Origin: Eledone cirrhosa
Lineage: Eukaryota
DNA: 64,000 nt
Direction of reading: 5' to 3'
Assembly: GCA_964016885.1 (NCBI GenBank)
Contig: OZ024744.1
Span: 71,238,001 to 71,302,000, forward strand
Of this stretch, positions 51,628 through 64,000 are shown piece by piece; the first letter of the stretch is position 1; each line of letters begins with the position of its first letter. The notes under the pieces were generated by a model that had not been told where the DNA came from, did no database searches, and saw nothing but the letters and a program-made list of their open reading frames with translations. Made by a program: the position numbers and the translations under genes.

Positions 51628-54068
51628 TTTATAATTATTACTATACACACACACACAATGACAACTGAATAATATAACAGAACACTCAAAACACATTCTA
51701 CAATTCTACACCATCACCACTCAATAAAATAACATCAACCATACAATATATACTCTAGAGTAACGTTTCTGAAAATAATTTCCAAGGAATACCAGCGATT
51801 GTCTGAACAATATAGGTACTGGCTCCATTATTCTTGAAAATAGTGTGACAAAAGGAGAAAATTAAATCCCTCCAAATTCTTGAAATATGGTAGATAAAAG
51901 TGTTGATTTAACGTCTTATTAAAATATTGGTGGTAACGATTGTCTGTATAAAACAGGTATTAGTTCTATGGTTCAGGTAAATAATGTTAGGATTCAATGA
52001 CTAATTGAGCTTGGGAACTGCTGTCCCACAGAATCATATGTCTCACATCCTCTACACTGGTTGGCCCCAAATTCTGATCCATTCCATACTGGTTTGCCAC
52101 GAGAAAGAACTTGGTGCACCTCCAAAATAATATAATTATAATTAAAACATATAAAAAATACAAACTGCTATCTAAAATATAAAATCTTAATATGATAGGA
52201 AATCAAACTGTAAACATGTCAACCTAAACTTAAATTGGGAGGTGAGGAAGTGCTTGACACCTTCCAATTCATTTACAGTGATTTAGGTACAGCTTGTCAT
52301 GGAAAACACATGAGCATTTTAGTTTTTCATTATATAAGTTCAAATAAAAAAAGTAAATAGTGTTTTTTTAGAATACACTGATAAAAATGTAAATCAAAAT
52401 ACAATTGCAGACTTAATTATTTTAAATTAGATTAATAATGATATTGTTTAATTAATATATATACAAAGACTAAGGTCCTAGTAAGTAGACGAGAAAACAG
52501 AACCCAGATCCCCTTGGGGAAATAGCCTTGCTCAGTATGTAGGAAAGGTGTAGATAGGAACTCCATCTTCTGCGCCAAATGCAAACAATGGGTACACAAG
52601 AGATGTAGTGGGATCTCAGGAAGCTCAGCTAAGAATGTGGGCTTCACATGTAGCAGCTGCGCTGGGACAGCAAGCAGCAAACAGCCACAGGAAACAAGCA
52701 CCACCAAACTCTGGGTGGGCTCTGCAGAAACAGTAGACAGCTTCTGCTACCTAGGTGACCGAATTAGCAACGGAGGTGGGTGTTTGGAAAGTACAATAAC
52801 TAGAGTAAGAACGGGATGGAAGAAGTTCAGGGAACTACTGCCACTGCTAGCTGCAAAAGACTTCTCCCTCAAAATGAAGGGCAGACTGTATGATGCGTGT
52901 ATACGAACAGCAATGTTACATGGTAGTGAGACCTGGGCGCTGTCTGTAGAAGACTTACGTAGATTAGAAAGAAACGAAGCCTGCATGCTCCAATGGATGT
53001 GTAATAGTAATATACGCAAACGGCAAAGTATAAACGGATTGGGAGAGAGACTGAGCATAAGAGGAATCAAATGCTGTGTGCAGGAGAGGAGGATGCATTG
53101 GTATGGAAATGTGATGCATACAAAGGATGACAGCTGCATAAAAAGGTGCAGAGCACTAGAAGTCGATGGAAGCCGCAAAGTGGGGAAACCCAAGAAGACC
53201 TGGGATGAGGTGATAAAAGCCGACCTTACCCAATTATACCTCTCAAAGGCAATGACACACGACTGTGACCTCTGGCGTCACGCAGTAATACAGAAGACCC
53301 GACTTCCCATGGGTACAAACCGAAACTGAAGCATATAGACAATATGCCCCCACTCCCTCCCACTGCAAAGTGGTCGTGGATGTGCCATGGCAAAAAAGCA
53401 CCCAGCCCACACTGTAAAGTGGACATGTAGGCGCCATGGAAAAAAAGCACCCAGCACTCACTGTAAATGAGGTTGGTGTTAGGAAGGGCATCCAGCTGTA
53501 GAAATCAAGCCAGAATCAGTTCCTGTATGAGCAAGACACGGTCAGCCGACCGGCTACTGCCCACAACAGGACAACCCATCTAACCGTGAAAGAACGGACG
53601 TAAAACGGTGATGTTTATGATGATGATGATTTGGTATGTAAAGAAATATTTTTAATGAGAATTTTAATTAATATTTTGTTAAATCAATTTTAAGAATGAA
53701 AACAACACTATTTCTTTGATTATTGGCAATAATTTCATTGGTATCAGAGATAAAAGAGGGCTATGGAGCATAGCACCTTCCTCTAGATCAGTCTCTGAGA
53801 TATTTAAAAAACATGATCATTGAAGGGAGATGAATTATAAAAATAATTGTATATTTTGTTGTATGATGAAGTGAAATAGAGAGTATACTTGAAAAAAAAT
53901 GTAAGCTGATGGTGAAAAAGATCTTTGACACAAACCTATATAGAAGGTACAACATTAAGAGGATCAACAATGGGACCATACCAATACTGAGATATTTTAT
54001 GGCTAATATGTAATTTAAATGTAATATAAATGTGGTGAGAGATTGGAGACTCATTTAGCCTGAGAACA
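51628..54068 (-). repeat. Arm B of the inverted segmental duplication, interrupted by an RTE at 52463-53630
   Basis: Reverse complement of 34513-35610 plus 36197-36330. Confidence 0.9.
52463..53630 (+). mobile_element. RTE LINE, 5'-truncated
   Basis: ORF 52637..53329 (FCYLGD, LHGSETW, GKPKKTW), highly similar to 12885-14050; GAT tail. The empty site is present in arm A at ~34940. Confidence 0.93.
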
Positions 54069-54489
54069 TCATTATTTCTTTGGTTATTGGCAACAATTTA
54101 ATTGGTATCAAAGATAAAAGAGGGCTATGGGGCATTAGAGGGCTATGGGGCATTAGCTCTTTCATCAATGAATAAAATTATTTAAAAAGCATGCTATTAA
54201 CATGTCGCATATATCTTCATATATGTGCTTTCATATATCACTATTGAGATTTTTAACACTCACTACAAGCCAATGCTCACAAAACACTCATGGATTAAAG
54301 ATAAAATGAATGTTTAATCAAAATATGTCTCTTAATTCTCATTCATCTCCTCAACTCCTATCAATGCTTCCCTAGTGTTGATGCCATACACCCAGCCTAC
54401 TGTAAAGTGGTAGCACTAGTACCATGATAAAAATGGCCCCAACCAAACTAGTGCCACGACTAAAGCACCACAATCCAAGTGAAGAATAG

Positions 54490-55035
54490 ATTGTGTGAGG
54501 TTTGAATGAAAAGTGTGATATCGCATGCTAGTGAGACATGAGTGGCAAATTTAGAGGATATACAATGGCTGGAGAAAAATGAAGTGAGCATACTTCGATG
54601 GGTGCCCAATGTTTTTGAACAATGGTGTATGGATGAATTGAGAGAAAAGTTGAATATGAGAGGAATCAGTTGTAGTGTGCAAGAAAGATAACTCCAGTGG
54701 TTTAGACATGTGATGCATATGGATGAGGAATGTTGGAAAAAATTGCCATGTGATATCAGTGAAGGAAGCTGTAATAGAGGAAGGGAGAAAGCTGTGCTAT
54801 TTGGACGTGGAATTTATATGAATGAGAAATGTTGGGTGAGGAAGTACTAGATGATACAAATGGAAGAAAACTGCAGATGAGACTAAGAGAAACTATGGCA
54901 GAGATAGTTAGAGCCGATCTCAAAAGGTTGAGCCTCACAGAGGAGTTGACAAAGGACCACTACCAGAGGGAGGGAAGCTGTGCTCGATAGAATCCATCCA
55001 ACCCATGTAAGAATGGAAATGTGGACATAAAATGT
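54490..55035 (+). mobile_element. Old RTE 3' fragment
   Basis: Degenerate SET(W)...LEKNE...WFRHVM coding region and 3' end. Confidence 0.6.
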
Positions 55036-55559
55036 GAAGGTGCATGCATGCTAGTGGACTGAGGTGGTATGTTTTATTCATGATTTGACGACTCTGCAGA
55101 ATCCAATCTTCATATTGACTCGAATCTTCTTTGTCCACTTAGGAAGTTCAGTACTTATGAGGTTTTAAGCAGGGTGGCAGGTCTCACTTAGAAATGAGTC
55201 AGGAGGATGTTATCCTTGAAAGGTCAGGCAGAGATAGTGAATACTTACATCACATCTGTTGACATTTATCATCTGACTATCATGCCTTGTCCTTGTCCCT
55301 GTCTCACCAGATTGGAACATTTGTTCTTCCATTTCTTGTGAAAAGGCCATGTCCCACTAGTCAGATGGTCCATATGTTGCCAACACTCACTATATGGGGG
55401 GACCTGGCATGCTGTAGCTGTTGATGTGCAAACATGTGCCAATGCTGCAACATTTGCAGAGATTCCTGGATGGTGAGGAGCTATCACATTTTGTTTGACA
55501 TACTTTTCTGCAGCTCATTTCCTTGATGGCCTTGATGATGAAAGAACCAAGGCAGGATG

Positions 55560-56560
55560 CCTAGCATTTAGATATCAGGCTCTTAAGCCTTCTATTAGTT
55601 GGGTTAATTGGGAAATGTAATCAGCGTAAGTTCCACATTAGCAATCTATAGAAGATCAGTGTGACAATATTCTCAAGGAAGTCCTGGGTATCAATGAAAA
55701 TGAACAGGCTGATCTCTTCCGGATGATTTTTGGGCCAGGGATTATGGACAATTTTCAGAAATTTCTAGCCTAGTAGTGCTACTGGGGGAGGGGGGAGGGG
55801 GGGCATTATCAGTTCAGGATAAACTCTGCAGGCATGGAAGTACAGTCAGACTGGTCTGTCCAAGATGCACACAACATGGACTTTTTCAATGCCTGTGTAT
55901 TGCTGACCTCTGAAGTCATGTTGAAAAACTGTTGTCCCATATAGGATGGATATGGCTATCTTCTGAGTCTATCATGAAGATTGACCTACCACCCACCTTT
56001 AACATAGAAGTGTGAGCAGTTTTCCTTTGTCTGGTGGCTATGATAAATAAGGTTGTGTGGTGGATAAGACTGAAAGGATTGAAGACAGACACATTCTTCT
56101 TTGGTCAAGCTCTCACTGACTTTTCTGACTTTTCTGGTAAGGAAGGTGAGGATAGAGTCGGAGGTGGTCCTTTGTCATTTATCAAAAATATCTGTATTGC
56201 AATCCCTAGAGGGTTAGTGGAGGGCAAGAATGACATCCTTGGGGAAACTCTGGGTGTCGCGAAAGCCAACTAGTTATTCTCTTCGGGAGGGATTTCAGTC
56301 CAGGGCCAATGGATAACATCCAGAAGTCCATAGCCTGGCAGTGATACCGGGGAGCTTTGCCAGTTCGAGATAAACTTTACAGGCAGGGAGGTGCTATCAG
56401 CCGGACCTGTCCGAGATGCACGAGGGGCAATGAGACAGTCCTGAACGTACTTGTTCAGTGTCTGAGCATCACTGACTAGTGGATTTATGTAAAACAACTG
56501 CTGCCACATGTAGGACAGATCCATCTATCAGCTGAGTTTATCATGAACATTGTCCCACCA
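55560..56560 (+). mobile_element. Two partial Tx1 3' fragments
   Basis: Reads NDILGETLGV, similar to DDVLGETLGI in 1490..1690(-). It is homologous to 1200-1750 in the opposite orientation. Confidence 0.6.
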
Positions 56561-56989
56561 CCCTCCTTTAACCAGGAAGAGCAGACAGTTTTTATCAGAG
56601 TTGGTGTTAGGAAGAGCATCCAGCAGTCATAAAATTCCAGCAAACACACAGACCCGATATGTGCAAGGTATGGCACACCCATCTGGCCAGACTTGTCACA
56701 TAACAGAACCAGCCAGTTCTACACTGAAGACATAGTTGGTGTTAGGAAGGGCATCTAACTGTAAAAATTCCAGCCAAAATACAATTTCGTTTGAGGAAGA
56801 TACGGTGTGGCCAACTAGCCAGACTTGTTTCATAACATGGTCAAACTGTCTAACCCATGCAAGCATAGAAAAATAGACATTAAATGGGGATGATGATAAA
56901 CACACACGCAATTTGTGGCTAGCAGAAATGTCTATTTATGTATTTTAGAATCTCACAGGGTATATTATAAGGTCTGTATGTATTGATAT

Positions 56990-57358
56990 CTGCACATCTC
57001 AACGGCGATGACACAGGACCGTGACCTCTGGCATCATGCAGTAATACAGAAGACTCGACTTCCCACGGGAACAAGTCGAAGCATATTGACAATATGCCCC
57101 CATCCTCTTCCACTGCAATATGGTCGTGGAGGTGTCATGACAAAAAAACACTCAGTCCACACTGTAAATTGGATGTGTAGGCGCCACGGAAAAAAAGCAC
57201 ACAGTACTCACTGTAAATGAGGTTGGTGTAAGGAAGGGCATCCAGCTGTAGAAATCAAGCCAGAATCGGTTCTTGTATGAACAAGACAAGGTCACCCTAC
57301 CTAACATTGCCCACAATAGGACAACCCATGCCAGCGTGAAAGAATGGATGTAAAACGT

Positions 57359-57392
<34 letters not shown>
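56990..57392 (+). mobile_element. RTE 3' end fragment (further tail fragments at 56590-56900)
   Basis: MTQDRDLW...KTRLP, then 3' UTR and (GAT)n. Confidence 0.8.
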
Positions 57393-57393
<1 letters not shown>

Positions 57394-58210
57394 CAGAGTG
57401 ACATCTAAAATATTTAGCATTGAGAAGGTCCAAGGGGATGTTGGGGCTTAAGGGGGCAGTAGTGATGATATAATAGTATATTAAATATTAAATGATACAT
57501 ATATATAAATATAGTAAAATAAAAAAAATATATAATATTTATTTATACATAGTAAATATTATATTATTTATTATATATAAATTAATGATTTTATTTATTA
57601 TATATTATTTACAATTTGCATGTAGGCAGGTTTCTCTGGAAATATTATGTGGCAACACTGTAAACCAACACTGTGGCATCTTGATCTCTCTTTCAGAGTA
57701 TCTTGGGCAGAGTTTCTCAGCCTGAGGTAAATATACCCACAAGGGGTAAATTTAATGGTTCTGGATTTGTACATATTTTTCTTCAATTATGATTTTAAAT
57801 AATCTGAAGTAGAGAAGAAAATTTGAAGTAGACATATTTTGTTTATTAAAATACTAATTTGTTTTCTTTCAACCATTTTTGACTTTATTTATTTATCTTT
57901 TATATATTTCTTAATTACCATGTTGCCCATGTAGTTAGTTTAATTCAGAGGAGAACAACACAACTCTTTCAACAAATGAAGAATGAAATAGAAATAAAAC
58001 ATTAACATGGCTGAATGCTTGACATCCATTCTCTCTACTTGCCTGTGGCAGGCGTGTATGTTATCTTGTGTCTTGATTGGAGAGATTTATTTTAGTTTTT
58101 TTTTTAGTTTAGAAGTAAAAATATTGTTTCCACATCAAACTAACCTTCATTGTTACATTTCTATATGATAATTTACTGGGTATTTCACTTCAATGCTCAG
58201 CACCCGAGTA

Positions 58211-58224
58211 GTTACCATAGTAAC
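58211..58224. promoter_or_regulatory. X-box (RFX) consensus match
   Basis: GTTACCATAGTAAC fits GTNRCC-AT-RGYAAC and lies in a TE-free stretch. Confidence 0.35.
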
Positions 58225-59007
58225 AATATCTCTGTGATTCTATTTCATGTTTTTTTTTCTCTCTCCTGTCTAACCCTTGAATGTTGAATGCTGTTGATCT
58301 TGTGAAAAACTTTGTAACTCACAATCATAATTTATTGTTTAGTTGTTTGATTTTTATTTATTTTTAACCAGATTATTGTATAATGCATCATGTCAAAGAA
58401 AAATAGAACTTACGTTGAATCATATGCAGGCTTTGGCTTTATGATTACAGATGGTGTTCAGAAATCACATTGTAATTTTTTGTTCAAAAGTGTTGAGAAA
58501 TGGGTCTTAAGCTTTCAATTTTGAAAGTTCACTTTACTTCTAGCCAGCCATCAAACATATACAAATGAGGACTAAGAATCTTTGATAGCTAAATATGTTC
58601 AATTCTGTTGAAGTTGGAACATTACCCAGTCTAGGATTCACATCTGAAAACAGAACTATTTTTGGAATTATCTTGTCATATTGCTTTCAGGATTGCAAAA
58701 ATCAAAAGACCGCGTATAAAATTAGGCAAGAACTTGTGAAACTGTATTAAAGTCGTTTGTTGAAAAGAAATGAAGCTGAAAGTTCTGAAAATTGTATTAT
58801 CAGATAATAGGTATGTTCTAGTATTGGTGAGATGTCTCATGACATTCTAGGGCATATCATAGATGAAATTCAAGCAAAAACTGCAAGAATCAGTCTCTAG
58901 TTGCTTTGGTGAACATTTAGTTGGATGTCAGACTGTGCCCAATTAATGTAGTTTTTGATCATTAAATGATTGCTGGCTAAATAAAGGATAATTTTTTGCT
59001 ATATGGA

Positions 59008-59595
59008 CAGAGGTGTAACAAGGGAAAATAGTACCTATGGCAAACATTGAAATTGCACCCCTGCCCATGCAGCAAGATATATAGTAGTTGTTAGACAGTG
59101 GGATTGACAGTGTAGTTTAAATAAATGAGGGTTTAGGGTATTAAACTGCATTTTCATTTGTTCCACAGGTATCCTTTATGCTTAAGTATATGTAAAGTAT
59201 TGTCAAAAGTGTATTTAAAAGGAGTGATCTGTGTAATACTGATCTTTGACAAATATTAAAGGGAGGGATCTGTGTAATATTGATCTGTAACAAATATTAA
59301 AATATTTGACGAGTCATACTATGAGCTATACCTCTGTGATCATGTAGTTCCCACCACTGTAGTTTTACCTATGGGCCTAATAATTTATATAAAAGGTTTA
59401 ATGATCCAACCACCATAGTGTTTCCCACCCATGATAATCAAAGATAGATCATACATTAGCAAAAGTTTCTTTTTTCCCTCTGATGATAGCTTATCTGACA
59501 TTAATAGAAAGTTCTCCCAGTCCAGGTAGTGCCCCACCCCTTCAAGTGGTGCCCATGGCATGTGTCATGCTTGCCATACCCTAGATACACCTCTG
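59008..59595. mobile_element. hAT-like MITE
   Basis: TIRs CAGAGGTGTAACAAGGG and CCCTAGATACACCTCTG. The TSD is degenerate (TATATGGA/TAACTGGG). Confidence 0.65.
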
Positions 59596-59984
59596 TAACT
59601 GGGGATTTGGAAGAGACAATGAAAGTGTTGGAGATTCTAGACAATATAGACACTCTGTATAGCAGGAGGGTTCAGAGAAACAGGCACACAAATTTCTATA
59701 ATTAGAAAGTAAGGGGAAGAAGTAACAATATTCTTGAACTCAATATTGAAATTTGTCAGGACTTGGATGATTTCAAAACCAGCTCCAATTATTATTGTGA
59801 TGGTATGATGTTTGATAATGCTACCTTCTGGATAACCCATTCTTTCCATACAAAATTGGAAGAGATTAATGATGATAACTTGTACAAAGGTGAATTGATA
59901 AGAATTCTTTATGGAGACAGGCAAGGTTCTCAATATTAACCCTTTACCTTATACATTACTCTATATTTATTATTATATTTTCAT

Positions 59985-60845
59985 GGTGAACCTAGCGTTG
60001 ATAAGTAGGAAAGAGGACAAAACTCTGATTCCATCAGAGAAATCGCCATGTTCGATATGTAGAAAAGGAGTTGGTATAAATTCTATAGAATGTACACAAT
60101 GCTGATCTTGGGTACACAAGAGATTTAGTGGGATAGCAGGCAAATTAACAGGTAGGGAAAACTACATATGCCGATATTCAGGGAAATTTGACAGTAGAAG
60201 TTGCAGGTAGAATCTATAGAGATGGTTGATAGCTTCTGATACCTAAGTGATCAGATTAGCAAGGGAGGAGGGTGCTCCGAGGTCATAGTATCTAGAATAA
60301 GGATGGGTTGGAATAAGTTTAGAGAGCTGCTTCCTCTGTTGACAAGAAGGGTTTCTCCCTATGAACGAAAGGCTGGTTATATGATGCCTGTGTGAGATGC
60401 GCAAGGCTGCATGGTAGTGAGACATGGGCAACAACTGCGGAGGATATGTGATGGCTGGAGAGAAATGAAGCAGGCATGCTCCAATGGATGTGCAATGTCA
60501 ATGTGCATGAACGACCAAGCATAGAGTTGAGTGTGAAGCTGTGTATTAGAGGGATAAACTGTAGTGTGTGGGAAAGAAAACTTTGTTAGTATGGACATGT
60601 GATGCGCATGGAGGATGACTGCCGGGTGAAGAAGTGCCAAGAAATCCCAGTGGAAGGAAGACGCAGTAGAGGAAGACTATGAAAATCATGGGCAGAGATG
60701 GTGAGAGCTAACCTCAGATCACTGAAGCTCACAGAGGAGATGACGAAGGACCGTGAAGAATGGAGAGATGCTGTACTGAATAGTACCCATCCCACCCTTG
60801 CAAGCAGGGAAAAGTGGATGTAAAATGATGATGATGATGATGATA
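59985..60845 (+). mobile_element. RTE LINE of a diverged subfamily, 5'-truncated
   Basis: PCSICRKGVGINSIECTQC...LHGSETW...; (GAT)n tail; short 3' UTR lacking the 48-bp array. Confidence 0.85.
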
Positions 60846-61384
60846 TGTAAAGCTTTACCTCACATAATATTGATTCTATGAGATTTTGATATTATTTATT
60901 TTGAGAACAATACTTTAACATCAGTATGTTTTTGTCGTGACACCTACACGATCAATTTACAGTGTGGACTGGGCACTATTTGTTGTGACACCTACACAAC
61001 CACTTTACAGTGTGAGTTGGGTGCTTTTTGTCATGTCACCAGTTACAGCTGGTTTGAACAAACAGAAAATAGTGAGAGAATTTTGGCTGAATACGGCTGA
61101 TTTAAATGCTAAAGGATTAATAGTCATCAAAATGGAGCAGTGATCTTGATTAGTTTTCAAAGATGATATAAAATTCTTTCAACAACTGCACTAAGAATCT
61201 CCAATATCATAAGTGAAAAACAAAAAGCTTTGAACCAATTTCTTATTATAATCTTCTGATGAAGGTATTTTAGTCTCAAAATATTAGGACAGATAAATAA
61301 AATAACAGATAACACACTAACATATTTGTTGCCTTTAATTTTTCCAAAGCATACTGCCCATATTACATTTTCATAGCTTTCAAA

Positions 61385-61598
61385 TAACCCTTTAGCATTT
61401 AAACCGGCCATATCCAGCCAGAATTCTCTCACTTCTTTCTTTTTAAACTGGCCATAACCAGCTGCTCATACTGATGTTAAAGTATTGTTCTCAAAATGAA
61501 TAAATCAAAATCTCGTTGATTCAATATTATGTGAAATAAAGTGTTTACCATGAAAATACAATAGTATATATTGAGTAATGTAAATGCTAAAGGGTTAA
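61385..61598. mobile_element. piggyBac-type MITE
   Basis: TIRs CCCTTTAGCATTTA and TAAATGCTAAAGGG, with TTAA on the right and ATAA on the left. Further partial copies lie at ~47744-47890 and ~60850-61120. Confidence 0.8.
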
Positions 61599-61789
61599 TG
61601 TGTTACTATATACACTTACACAATGCTTCAAGCAAACTACAACACCATCATATATATGATAGTCAAGGGTTGTGTAAAAATAACGTTTTATATAAACATA
61701 TAAGTGGTAGTGCTGGTGCCATTACAAAAAGCACCTAGTCTACACTGAGAGGTGGAAGTGCTAGAGTCATGATAAAATGTTCCTAGTAC

Positions 61790-63012
61790 ACATCACCATC
61801 ATCATCGTTTTATGTCCATTTGTCCATGCTAGCATGGTTAGATGAGTTGTCCTGTTGTGGGCAATGCCAGGTCAGGTGACCATGTCTTGCACATACAGAA
61901 CTGATTTTGGCTTGGTTTCTACAGCTGGATGCCCTTCCTAATGCTAATCTCATTTACAGTGAGTACTGGATGCTTTTTGTTGTGACACCTACACCACTTT
62001 ACAGTGTGGACTGGGCGCTACTTTTCATGACACCTACACAACCACTTTACAGTGTGAGCAGGGTGCTTTTTGTCATGTCACCAACATGACCACTTTACAG
62101 TGTGGGCTGGGGGCTTCACTGGATGCATACTTCTTGGGAGATGTATGGGATGGTGCATACTGTATATATGCTTCAGCTCCAGCCTGTACCCATGGGAAGT
62201 TGGGTCTTTTGTATCACTGCTTAATGCCAGAGGTCTTGGTCCTGTGTCATTGCCTTTGAGAGATGCTATTGGGCAAGGTCAACTTTTATCACCTCATCCC
62301 AGCTATTCTTGGGTATCGTCACCCCAAGGTACTCATCGACTTTGAGCATTCTGCAACTTTTTATGCAGCTGTCATCCTTCATATGCATCATATGTCCATA
62401 CCAATGCAGTCTCCTCTCCTGCACACAGCATTTTATTCCTCTTATGCCTAATTTTTCTCTCAGTTCGTTTACACTTCGCTGTTCTCATATATTACAATTA
62501 CACATCCATTGGAGCATGCAAGCTTCATTTCTTTCCAATCTATGCAAGTCTTCTGCACTCAACACCCTGGCCTCACTACCATGCAACATTGCTGTTCATA
62601 AGCACGCATCATATAGTCTGTCTTTCATTTTGAGGGAAAAGCCTTTTGCAGCTAGAAATGGTAGTAACTCCTTGAACTTCTTCCATCCCATTCTTCCTAT
62701 GGCTTCTGTACTGTCAGAACACCCCCTTTCACTGCTAATTTGGTCACCTATGTAGCAGAAGCTGTCTACAGTTTCAACCGAGCCTTCCCAGAATTTGATA
62801 GTGCTTGTTTCCTGTGGTTGTTTGCAGCTTCCTGTCCCAGTGCAGCTGCTATATATAAAGCCTACATTCTTAGCTAAACTTCTTGAGATCTCACTACATC
62901 TCTTGTGTACCCATAATTAGTATTTGGGACAAAGGATGGAATTTCTACCTACACCTTTCCTACATACTAAGCAAAATCATCTCCCTAAGGGGATCAGGGT
63001 TCTATTTTCTTA
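61790..63012 (-). mobile_element. RTE LINE, 5'-truncated
   Basis: Homologous to 12885-14030, with a 3' UTR repeat array and GAT tail. Confidence 0.88.
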
Positions 63013-64000
63013 CACATATGTATAGAATTGAATGCAGGACATTTCAGTTGAATAATATGCGATGAAGAATGTCAATGGAGACAAAAACAATCACAGTGTA
63101 AGTGACAGGCTAGGAAGAAAGATTAACTGGTAGCAAATGCCACATTTAGGCAATGTGAAAAACACTGAGACAAAAGAACAAGACAATAGTCACATCTATT
63201 TATCTTATGTATCACTCTAAGGTGAGGCAGTAAGCATAACTTCACATCAACAGTCTCTGTTACCCATCAAGGTTTGTAGGTTATCCTTTTCAATTCTAGT
63301 GTCTCTTGCTATGGTATCCTGATATCTGAGCTTTCTGGTAGAGATCTCCTACAAGAAGTCTAAAACTATCTCATCTTTTGCACAGAAGCAGTGACCAGTA
63401 AACTTTCTACAATATTCAATCAGTCATGCACTTACTTTTCAATTTTTTCTGTATATCTGATTAAGTGTGGTATGGATCTGCCAAGGAATATTTTGAGCCT
63501 TTCTCAGAAAGGCAGTGTAACATCCGTCTATAGGACTCTGTAGACGGAAGTGCAAGGCTTAAGTCTCAGAACCATAGAGAAGGATAGGCTCTACTGTTGT
63601 TCTAAATAGACTGATTTTAAGTTTGTTTGGTATATTGGATTTCCAAATTTAGTCACACAGTAGGAGAGGAGATATGGTCACTGTAAAATAGAGCAACTCA
63701 ACAAAAGAAGAGAAAGGGAACTGTGTGTGTCATAAACAATATTGCAAAATTGACAACAGGTATAAAAACTTTACTGTCATCAGCCATCACAATAGACTTA
63801 CACAGTTGGAACCCCCACTGATGGTACTGTTTGTCCATTTGGGATCACAGTCCTCATCAACGCTGTCTGACACTGTCTAGGACTATATTACAAGATGTAA
63901 ACAAAACAAAACTCACACAAAATTACATGGCAAGGACACAACTCTGTATGTCCAATTTGATATCCCTGCCAATGATTGCAGAGTTTCCATGGCCAATTTT

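Overview
This is eukaryotic, AT-rich, repeat-saturated DNA, most likely from an octopod cephalopod, judging by the SINE families and the (GAT)n-tailed RTE LINEs. I could not identify an intact host protein-coding gene. The window is a stack of mobile elements: about 11 copies or fragments of an RTE LINE family with a PHD-like finger in its RT, BovB/Expander-type RTE remnants, a degenerate Tx1/L1 LINE, a Tc1/mariner (maT-like) deletion derivative, a Helitron (Rep-Pif1), a complete two-LTR Ty3/Gypsy provirus, several Penelope-like elements (including a near-intact Naiad-type RT plus GIY-YIG ORF), tRNA-derived SINEs, piggyBac and hAT MITEs, and many microsatellites. The most notable signal is non-coding. 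By eye I find five type-I hammerhead ribozymes with intact catalytic cores, unrelated outside the core, plus about five decayed ones. Most sit in short ORF-less cassettes embedded in (TA)n tracts. One is a 425-nt terminally redundant unit carrying an octamer motif and a perfect 5' splice site upstream of its ribozyme. This suggests a community of retrozyme-like, Penelope-mobilised, TA-targeting mini-elements. The window also holds a ~1.3-kb inverted segmental duplication, an LTR-junction duplication around nested insertions, and a possible X-box plus exon. All folds and coordinates were read manually and need computational confirmation.
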